DNA from: Blastocatellia bacterium
GTDB lineage: Bacteria > Acidobacteriota > Blastocatellia > RBC074
Direction: 5' to 3'
Length of the DNA: 64,000 nucleotides
Assembly: GCA_035331565.1 (NCBI GenBank)
Contig: DAOLKO010000004.1
Location: 239,802-303,801, forward strand
This document shows, piece after piece, positions 49,268 through 57,864 of this stretch; position 1 is the first letter of the stretch; every line of letters begins with the position of its first letter. The position numbers and the translations under genes were made by a program. A model generated the notes under the pieces. That model made no database searches, was not told the origin of the DNA, and saw nothing but the letters and a program-made list of their open reading frames with translations.

Positions 49268-49672
49268 CTAGCCTTTGCCGGCCAGTTGAATGCGCGTCAG
49301 TGCGCGTTGGAGTTTCTGTTCGGCGCTGCGGAAATCAACATCCTCGCCTTGCGACTTCAGCTCTCTTTCCGCTTGTTCTTTGGCCCGCTGCGCGCGTTCC
49401 AGATCAATCTCCTCCGGCTTTTCGGCGACATCGGAAAGAACGGAAACGCGATCCGGCTGGACTTCGACGAAGCCGCCGCTGACGTGCAACTGCTTGCGAT
49501 CCGCGCCCTGACGATAGACCAGCACGCCGGTTTGAAGCTGGGAAATCAGCGGCGTGTGTTCCGGCAAAATGCCCAGTTCGCCGCCCAGACCCGGCACGAC
49601 GACTTCGTCCACCGCTTCACTCAGCACGCGGCGTTCCGGCGTAATGACTTCAAGATTGAGTTTGTCTGCCAT
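49268..49672 (-). CDS. atpC: F0F1 ATP synthase subunit epsilon
   Basis: 134 aa; typical epsilon N-terminal beta-sandwich sequence (LNLEVITPERRVLSEAVDEVVVPGLGGELGILPEHTPLIS). Confidence 0.9.
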   Translation of the reverse strand: MADKLNLEVITPERRVLSEAVDEVVVPGLGGELGILPEHTPLISQLQTGVLVYRQGADRKQLHVSGGFVEVQPDRVSVLSDVAEKPEEIDLERAQRAKEQAERELKSQGEDVDFRSAEQKLQRALTRIQLAGKG

Positions 49673-49683
49673 ATTCAGTTATC

Positions 49684-49740
49684 CGTTGTCAGTTGTCCGT
49701 GGCCGTCATTGCAATCAGCAACCGACAACGGACAACTGAC
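49684..49740 (-). other. large stem-loop in the atpD-atpC intergenic spacer
   Basis: GTTGTCAGTTGTCCGT ... ACGGACAACTGACCAAC inverted repeat (about 17-bp stem, about 26-nt loop) between the atpD stop and the atpC start. Confidence 0.45.
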
Positions 49741-49744
49741 CAAC

Positions 49745-51280
<1,536 letters not shown>

Positions 51281-51477
51281 CTACGATATTCTCTGTGCCC
51301 CTCGGTGGCCAATTGTTTCCTCACAGTGTCGCTTGGTGAATTATATGAATGCTCAATTAAAGGTGGGGAGTATACACAAGCGATTGTGCTTTGCCAAACC
51401 ACGTCTGCAACCGGTTTGGTTGTCAAAAGTGGTGTCCATGAGGCCGCCGCCGCCTGAGTCCCACTTCTCATCACAAG

Positions 51478-51798
51478 CTTTGATTTAGAAGATGTAACCG
51501 CCCACTTCGACGACTTTGTCAGCCGGCCGTTCGCGCAGCGCAGCCGTGTTAATCAGGTCTTGCCTGGTCAGAGGGCGCAACGCCATCAGCATCACGTGCA
51601 GTTGTGCTTGTCCGCACCGTCAATGCCGGTGCGATCCATCTCAGCAATGATTTGCGCGGCGGTTAATCCGGTTTCCGGCAATTGCGCCAAGCCGGATTGT
51701 TTGAACAAGCGGACGACTTCCGGCAGCTTCTCGAAGGCTTCGCGCTGCGCCGGCTGCGCCCAGGCGTTGATGAAAGTTGAGTTTTTCATATTGGACAA
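51478..51798 (-). pseudogene. second, frameshifted relic of the acyl-CoA dehydrogenase C-terminal domain
   Basis: Minus-strand reading gives ...INAWAQPAQREAFEKLPEV...EMDRTGIDGADKHNCT*, then a shifted frame LHVMLMALRPLTRQDLINTAALRERPADKVVEVGGYIF*. It is collinear with the ACAD C-terminus (...SWAADVIIEAFQID...LIDRDGADKHSY...LRVMLVALRRLTKQDPINTAAIRERLADKVVEAGGYIF). Confidence 0.55.
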
Positions 51799-51882
51799 AC
51801 CGTGCCGACGTAAAGCAGGTCGTCAGGCGAAGGCATGCGATGAATGGTTGGGAGTTCCGCAACTTCCGATACTATCTCCGGC

Positions 51883-52473
51883 TTATTTCAGCGGCGGCGT
51901 AATCATGATGTGCGCGCCGGGCGTGCCTGCATCCATCAGCCAGGGTTCGCCGCGTTTCGGCGTTGTGGAAAGACCTGTGGATTGGGCTGTCGCATAAGGC
52001 ACGTAAATCACCCAACGCACGGAACCTTCAATCACTTTCTTGGTCGCCGTATCGAACCCCTTACCCGAAAGCACGTAAAGCATGCGCGGTTCTTTAGGCA
52101 TGCTCAGCTTCCCTTCCTTGATTTCTTTCCAGCGGTAATTGTCGTTGCGATTTCCACCGGTGATGCCTTGCGCCGTCAATTGGCGGCCTCGCGCCATGAA
52201 TGGTTCCAGGTCTTTGTGGTAACAGGCCGCACTGAAACGATTGTCTTTCGGATCGTCGGCCAGACAGATCAATTCGTTCGTGCCTTTGCGCAGTTCGATC
52301 AATTTGCCGTCCGCGCCATAACCAAGCACCGCCGCTCCCGCGCGCAGTTCTTCAGGCGCGGCCTGAACCGTGGCGGCGATTTGATCTTCCGCCGAAGGCA
52401 CAGCCGGAGCAGCGGTCTGCGCAGCGGCAGTCATTGAAAACAACACCAGAGCGAACAAAACAGAAGCTTTCAT
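51883..52473 (-). CDS. secreted hypothetical protein
   Basis: Signal peptide MKASVLFALVLFSMTAAAQ. No recognisable catalytic motif. Confidence 0.4.
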   Translation of the reverse strand: MKASVLFALVLFSMTAAAQTAAPAVPSAEDQIAATVQAAPEELRAGAAVLGYGADGKLIELRKGTNELICLADDPKDNRFSAACYHKDLEPFMARGRQLTAQGITGGNRNDNYRWKEIKEGKLSMPKEPRMLYVLSGKGFDTATKKVIEGSVRWVIYVPYATAQSTGLSTTPKRGEPWLMDAGTPGAHIMITPPLK

Positions 52474-52548
52474 TTTCTCGATCCTCCAAAAAAGTTTTTT
52501 TACCTGCAAACAACAACATCCTTTTCTCTTTGCGGCGAGCGCGAGCTT

Positions 52549-52594
52549 ACCGGCCTACCGGCCTACCGGCCTACCGGCCTACCGGCCTACCGGT
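52549..52594. repeat. octanucleotide microsatellite (CCGGCCTA) x5.5
   Basis: taccggcctaccggcctaccggcctaccggcctaccggcctaccgg. It overlaps the stop codon of the 52587..53045 gene and lies about 75 nt upstream of the next minus-strand gene. Confidence 0.8.
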
Positions 52595-53045
52595 TTGCTG
52601 CGGGCAGCATGTTGCGAATGGCCGTAATGCGCCAGCTTTTCCCTTCCCGCTTCAACACCAGCGTCGTCCACATGTTTCGATTCGCGCCGCCCGATTGGCC
52701 CGTCAATTCATACCGACCATCGGCGATGGCCACGTCGTTTGAAACGAAGCGAACGGATTCCAGCGTAATCGTGCGTTTGCCGCCGGAGTTGCGCGAACTG
52801 GCCATCGAACCGACGACGACGGCTTCGCGGCCTTTGCGCCATTCGCCGGACGAAACCAGTTGATCGGCGTCGGCGGTGAACAGTTCTTCAGTGGCTTTCG
52901 GATCAATGCGTTCCCGCGCCTCCACGTATTTGGCCACCACTTCGCGAATGGCTGCCTCGTCTTTGTCGCGCTTGCCGTTTTTGGTTTGCGCCGAACAAAC
53001 AGCCGTCAGCATCAGACAGCACAACATTGCCGATAGAATTCGCAT
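52587..53045 (-). CDS. secreted SgcJ/EcaC-type NTF2-like protein
   Basis: Signal peptide, then [12 protein letters not shown]...[21 protein letters not shown], a typical SgcJ/EcaC (DUF4440-like) pattern. Confidence 0.55.
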   Translation of the reverse strand: MRILSAMLCCLMLTAVCSAQTKNGKRDKDEAAIREVVAKYVEARERIDPKATEELFTADADQLVSSGEWRKGREAVVVGSMASSRNSGGKRTITLESVRFVSNDVAIADGRYELTGQSGGANRNMWTTLVLKREGKSWRITAIRNMLPAANR

Positions 53046-53069
53046 ATCCCCTCCGAATGATGTCTTTCG

Positions 53070-53921
53070 TTATTTGCGTGACGCGCGTTGTTGCTGAACG
53101 TATTTCGCAATCGTCGCCACCGGAGCGTTCCACAGTTTGTTTTCCGGCGCGCCGGCATACGCCGCCAGTTTTTCCAGAGTGTCCAGACGCGTGGTTTGCG
53201 CGCCGTCCTTGTTCATTTCGTGGCCCATCAGAATCAGCCAGCCGCCTTGTTTTTTGGTTTGTTCCAGAATCGGCAACAACTGATCGAATGATTTGGCGTC
53301 CATATCGAAACTGGCAAGTTGGGCGAAGTCGCAAAACAGCGGATCGTTCGGCGTTTCGTCGTAGGCGCTACGTCCGGTCAGAAACAGCGAGGCGACGACC
53401 GGAATGTAACTGCGCGCGTCCAGCCCGCGCCCGACAAAGGTTTGCCCGCAGGTATAGGCATATGAAACCGGCGTGATGCCGAGCAGCGCCTTGATCTGCC
53501 TGTTGGCTTCCAGAAGTTCGTCGTTCATTTTTTGCAGCGAGTAATCTTCCAGCGCCTTGTTGCGCGCCCAGGGAAAGTTCCCGCTGCACGGATGAACGAT
53601 GGTGTGGTTGGCGATTTCGTGCCCGGCGGCAGCCATTTTCTTCCAGCCGTCCAGACGTTTTTCGACGTTAGCGGGCTGCACATAAAACGTGGCGTTGGTT
53701 TGCAAGCGATCCAGCGCCGCCATACCAATGTCCACCTGACTGAGTCGCGCATCGTCAAACGTCAGACTGAGCGCCCCTCGCTGCCCGTCCGGCCAGACAA
53801 AGCCGCTGACTTGCTGTTGCGCGGACGGCGCGCCGGCCGGTCGTCCCAGGGCAAACAGCAACGCCGCAATCGCCAACATCAGTTTGTTTTTTGAACTTCT
53901 CTGCTTTGTTTCGGTTTTCAT
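53070..53921 (-). CDS. polysaccharide deacetylase (NodB-homology, CE4) family protein
   Basis: LTFDD and HTIVHP motifs; N-terminal signal peptide. Start taken at MKTETK. Confidence 0.7.
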   Translation of the reverse strand: MKTETKQRSSKNKLMLAIAALLFALGRPAGAPSAQQQVSGFVWPDGQRGALSLTFDDARLSQVDIGMAALDRLQTNATFYVQPANVEKRLDGWKKMAAAGHEIANHTIVHPCSGNFPWARNKALEDYSLQKMNDELLEANRQIKALLGITPVSYAYTCGQTFVGRGLDARSYIPVVASLFLTGRSAYDETPNDPLFCDFAQLASFDMDAKSFDQLLPILEQTKKQGGWLILMGHEMNKDGAQTTRLDTLEKLAAYAGAPENKLWNAPVATIAKYVQQQRASRK

Positions 53922-53948
53922 TAGACAGCCTCCGTCTCGCAATGAAGC

Positions 53949-54716
53949 CTATAGAGACTTCAGCACTGCCAGCATCTCGTCGTGAATCGGACCGTTCGTG
54001 CAAAGCAGGCTGGACGAATAACTATCGAACGGCGAGCCATCCAGTTTGGTCACGCGCCCCCCGGCTTCTTCGATGATGACCCAGCCGGCGGCCACGTCCC
54101 AGGCGTTCAAGCCTTTTTCCCAGAAACCGTCCATCCGCCCGTTGGCGATGCAGGCCATATCAATGGCGGCTGCGCCCAAGCGGCGAACGCCTTGCGCGTG
54201 GTTCAGGAATTCGCGCCAGGCCGGCAAATACTCTTCCATCTTTTCGCGCACATCGTAGGGAAAGCCGGACACGACCAGCGCGCGTTCGAGCGAATCAATC
54301 TCCGAAACGCGAATCTTCTGACCGTTGCAAGTCGCGCCCGCGCCACGTTCGGCGGCGAAAAGTTCGTCGCGGCTCGGATCGTAAATGACGCCGACGACCG
54401 AACGGCCTTTGTGTTCGACGCCAATGGACACGGCGTAACAGGGAAAGCCGTGCGAAAAATTCGTCGTGCCGTCCAGCGGATCAATGATCCAGGTGTATTC
54501 GTCCGTTTCGTGCGCGCTGATGCCGCTTTCTTCGGCCAGAATACGATGCGTTGGATAGCGCGAGGCGATCAATTCCTTGATGTGGCGTTCGCTGGCCAGA
54601 TCGGCTTCGGTGACGAGGTTGATGCGGCCTTTGTGTTCAATCTGGAATCCGCGCGCGGCGAACTCCTGCAAAATTGCGCCGGCTTCGCGTGCGGCTCGAA
54701 TCGCTAAATCAATCAT
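53949..54716 (-). CDS. suhB: inositol monophosphatase family protein
   Basis: WIIDPLDGTTNF and EESG motifs; 255 aa. Confidence 0.85.
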   Translation of the reverse strand: MIDLAIRAAREAGAILQEFAARGFQIEHKGRINLVTEADLASERHIKELIASRYPTHRILAEESGISAHETDEYTWIIDPLDGTTNFSHGFPCYAVSIGVEHKGRSVVGVIYDPSRDELFAAERGAGATCNGQKIRVSEIDSLERALVVSGFPYDVREKMEEYLPAWREFLNHAQGVRRLGAAAIDMACIANGRMDGFWEKGLNAWDVAAGWVIIEEAGGRVTKLDGSPFDSYSSSLLCTNGPIHDEMLAVLKSL

Positions 54717-54767
54717 TGTTCTTTGTCCGTTGCCCGTTGTTAGTTGTTGGTTGTTAGGCGCGGATTA

Positions 54768-55748
54768 TCAACCGGCTGCGGCTGGCTGACAATCCTGGCT
54801 GATGAGAGCGGCGGCCAGCAATGGGATCATCAATTCGTGATGTCCTGTGATGCCGTAGCCTTTCCCGGCTCCGTTGGCCACGGGGCGGCGCACGACATTG
54901 GTTTGCGGGCGGTAATGTTGCAGGAAGTCGAAATTCGCGGTGGTGAAATCCTGAAGCGAATGCCCCAGGTTGCGCACGACCGTGACGGCTTTCAAAAAGA
55001 TTTCCGGCAGCGTCACCGCCGAACCCAGGTTCAGATAAACGCCGCCGCCGTCCAATCCGCGAACCAGCGAAGTGAAAAGTTTGAAGTCGCGGTAACTGGC
55101 CGCGCCCAGCGCCGCGCCGTCGGCGTGCGGGTGAATGTGAATGATGTCAGTGCCGATGGTGATGTGCGCCGTCACAGGCACGCACAGTTTGTAAGCTTCG
55201 TGCAGCAGCGAGAATTCGCCGTGCGGGGGCTGCAGTTCAACCAAAAATTGGCCGACCGCTTCGCCGATGCCGCAATCTTCGGCAGCACCGCGTTTGATGG
55301 CCTGATTCAACAGGCGTCCGGTTTCTTCGGCCATTCCAAACGCGCCGGAACCGAGTGCGCTGTCCACGTCTTCCGAAGTCCAACCGGCCAGCGCAATCTC
55401 GAAATCGTGAATAACGCCGGAACCGTTGGTTGCCAGCGCCGTGACGAAACCGCGCCGCATCAAGTCAATCAGCACGGGAGCTAACCCGGTTTTGATGACG
55501 TGGCCGCCGAATCCCCAAATGATGGCGCGGCCTTTGGCTTTGGCTTCGATGATGGCAGCCACCACAGCGCGCAGGCTTTCCGCCGCCAATAGATTCGGCA
55601 GCGAATCCAGCAACGCGACGGCGGCGCGCGCCTGTTCGTCGGTCAGCGGTTTGGCAAAATCGCGCACGGTCACTTTGCTCGGTCTTTCGTGAAGCGAGTA
55701 AGTGGCGATGCGGGAAAACTCAATCGGGTCTTGGTTGTAAATGGACAT
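54768..55748 (-). CDS. deoxyhypusine synthase-like (DHS-like NAD-binding fold) protein
   Basis: IIWGFGGHVIKTGL...ATNGSGVIHDFEIA and LDGGGVYLNLGSAVTLPE resemble DHS/homospermidine-synthase family motifs. Start taken at MSIYNQDPIEF. Confidence 0.4.
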   Translation of the reverse strand: MSIYNQDPIEFSRIATYSLHERPSKVTVRDFAKPLTDEQARAAVALLDSLPNLLAAESLRAVVAAIIEAKAKGRAIIWGFGGHVIKTGLAPVLIDLMRRGFVTALATNGSGVIHDFEIALAGWTSEDVDSALGSGAFGMAEETGRLLNQAIKRGAAEDCGIGEAVGQFLVELQPPHGEFSLLHEAYKLCVPVTAHITIGTDIIHIHPHADGAALGAASYRDFKLFTSLVRGLDGGGVYLNLGSAVTLPEIFLKAVTVVRNLGHSLQDFTTANFDFLQHYRPQTNVVRRPVANGAGKGYGITGHHELMIPLLAAALISQDCQPAAAG

Positions 55749-55814
55749 TGCGCCGCTTGTTATCGCAGCGCCAAGTTGAAAGTCAAGACAGGAAAAATCC
55801 GGCAAGTCGAACGA

Positions 55815-55952
55815 TCTATAACCTTCAAGAAAATGTTTTCCACAAAGCCACACGAAGCTTCACGAAGAAAAACAACAATCATTTGAGTACTCCCTTCGTG
55901 TTTTCTTCGTGCGGCTTCGTGGAAGGAAAATGTTTTTCTTGATGTCTATAGA
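55815..55952. repeat. MITE-like palindromic element, copy C (CACGAAG-motif family)
   Basis: TCTATAACCTTCAAGAAAATGTTTTCCACAAAGCCACACGAAGCTTCACGAAG...CCCTTCGTGTTTTCTTCGTGCGGCTTCGTGGAAGGAAAATGTTTTTCTTGATGTCTATAGA: about 55-bp inverted arms. It sits at the left edge of the defence island. Confidence 0.65.
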
Positions 55953-56062
55953 ACGCCGCCGAATCGGTCAGTCTGACGAATTCGCCTTTCTCGATTTCGC
56001 GTGGTAGTCTCTGCCCCGTTTTGCTCACCCGCCAGTGATGGCAACTCCTTTTTGAAGGTTCA

Positions 56063-57262
56063 ATGATGGAAGATTTTTCGGCAAACGCATCCGCGCTTGG
56101 ATACTTTTATCAGTCTCGCTACGCCCTGTTTTTGCTGCTTTCGCGTGCAGAGGCGGATGCGGAACTCTGCGTCGAGCGGCTGGACGATATTTCTTTCGAG
56201 CGCGACGGCAGCGCCATCGAATTGCTGCAAACCAAACATCACATCAAAGCCACGGCCAGCCTGTCGGACGCCAGCACCGCGCTTTGGAAAACTTTGCGCG
56301 TGTGGAGCGCGGCATTGGTCGAAAACAAAATCCGTCCGGGCGAAACCATCCTGACGCTGGTCACCACTGGACGCGCGCCCAAAGATTCCGCCGCCGCCAA
56401 ATTGCGCCCGCACCCAACGCGCGACCGCGACCACCAAGCGGCGTTGAAGATTCTGCGCGAAGTCGCAGACCAATCCGACAGCCGAACGAACCGTCCGGCT
56501 TACGAAGCCTTTCGCAATCTTTCCGACCGCCAGCAAAGCGAACTGGTAATGAGCATTCAATTGCTGGATGCCTCGCCGAACATCCTGGACACGGGCGGGC
56601 GCATTCTGGATCAACTGCGTCTTAGCACTCGCCCACAGTTTCTGGAAGCTGTTTACGAGCGCATTGAAGGCTGGTGGTTCAATCGGCTGATTCAGCATCT
56701 TTCCGCCGATTCCACCGCGCCGATTCTTTACAGAGAGTTGCTGGATCAGATCAACGACCTTCAAGAGCAATACCACACGGACAATTTGCCGATTGAGTTT
56801 CTGCCGATTGAGTTTCTAGATGCCATCGCGCCGGACGAGCAAAAGCTAGGCGCGAAAGAACGGCTCTTCATCGAACAGCTTCGGCTGGTGGCAGTCGCCG
56901 CGCCGCGCATTCGCAAAGCGATCAACGATTATTACCGCGCGTTTCAACAACGCTCCAAATGGGTGCGCGAAGATTTACTGCTGGTGGGCGAACTGGAAAC
57001 TTACGAACGGCGGCTGGTGGACGAATGGGAAAGACTGTTTGAACGAATGAAAGAAAACCTCGGCGACCACGCGGAGGAAACCACGCTTCAACACGAAGGC
57101 CGCGCGCTGTTCAATGCCGTCGAAGACCTGGAACTGAACATTCGCCCGCGCTGCAACGAACCCTACATAATGCGCGGCAGCTTTCACCTGCTGGCCAATC
57201 AACTGCGCGTCGGCTGGCACGCGGACTTCGTTCAACGGCTCAATCAATTACTGACAACCTGA
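56063..57262 (+). CDS. lmuA: Lamassu/ABC-3C effector: Cap4-like (DUF4297-type) PD-(D/E)XK nuclease N-terminal domain + helical C-terminal domain
   Basis: N-terminus ...LGYFYQSRYALFLLL...VERLDDISFE...IELLQTKHH carries D/E-x-K nuclease residues in a DUF4297-like arrangement. 399 aa; first gene of a three-gene cluster. Confidence 0.5.
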   Translation: MMEDFSANASALGYFYQSRYALFLLLSRAEADAELCVERLDDISFERDGSAIELLQTKHHIKATASLSDASTALWKTLRVWSAALVENKIRPGETILTLVTTGRAPKDSAAAKLRPHPTRDRDHQAALKILREVADQSDSRTNRPAYEAFRNLSDRQQSELVMSIQLLDASPNILDTGGRILDQLRLSTRPQFLEAVYERIEGWWFNRLIQHLSADSTAPILYRELLDQINDLQEQYHTDNLPIEFLPIEFLDAIAPDEQKLGAKERLFIEQLRLVAVAAPRIRKAINDYYRAFQQRSKWVREDLLLVGELETYERRLVDEWERLFERMKENLGDHAEETTLQHEGRALFNAVEDLELNIRPRCNEPYIMRGSFHLLANQLRVGWHADFVQRLNQLLTT

Positions 57263-57267
57263 AGCAT

Positions 57268-57357
57268 CTTTGGAGTGCGACGGCGTCGGCGTCGCTTTGG
57301 TAGTCCTTCTTGTCGAACGACTATGAAAGCTACGCCAACGCCGTCGCACTCCAAAGG
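57268..57357 (+). other. 25-bp inverted repeat hairpin between lmuA and lmuC
   Basis: CTTTGGAGTGCGACGGCGTCGGCGT ... ACGCCAACGCCGTCGCACTCCAAAGG, within the operon spacer. Confidence 0.45.
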
Positions 57358-57374
57358 CTCAATCTGAAAACACC

Positions 57375-57860
57375 GTGAATTCCTGGGAAACAAGACCGAC
57401 TGAAATTGCGCATTTGCTGAACCCTGCGTTTTGCGGCGAATTGCTGCGCCGCGTCATTCGCACGCACAACGCCGTCAGCCCGCGACTGATTCCGTTTCCG
57501 CTGCTGTTTTTGGCGCTGCCGGTGGTGCTGCATCGCGAAACGCGCGAAAGCATTTCCGCTACGACCAAAGAGCAAATGCACGTCTGGCTGCAAGATCGTC
57601 AGCACCTGCGTTTGGGCTTTGCCGAACGGGCGAAGAATCTGGTTCCGATCACTCGCGAAGCCATTGCCTTTCTGCTGCAAATCGGCGCAATTGCCGTGGA
57701 CGAACGCGCGGGCGTGCGGTTGACGCGCTACGTGGCGCGGCAGGTTCCGGTCAGCGAGGAAATCACCGATTGCCAAAAGAAGGCTGAAATTCTGGGGCGC
57801 TGGTTCGCCCGCGCCGGTGCGCCGGCGGCGATTTATACGATGTGGGGAGTGAAACCTTAA
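57375..57860 (+). CDS. lmuC: Lamassu/ABC-3C middle component (small helical protein)
   Basis: 161 aa, alpha-helical, no enzymatic motif. It ends 5 nt before the ABC ATPase start. Confidence 0.4.
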   Translation: MNSWETRPTEIAHLLNPAFCGELLRRVIRTHNAVSPRLIPFPLLFLALPVVLHRETRESISATTKEQMHVWLQDRQHLRLGFAERAKNLVPITREAIAFLLQIGAIAVDERAGVRLTRYVARQVPVSEEITDCQKKAEILGRWFARAGAPAAIYTMWGVKP

Positions 57861-57864
57861 CGCG

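Noticed and set aside
52549-52594. Possible CRISPR array
   Set aside because: The repeat unit is only 8 bp, perfectly tandem and without spacers. It is a microsatellite, not a CRISPR array. No CRISPR-like repeat-spacer structure was seen anywhere in the window.
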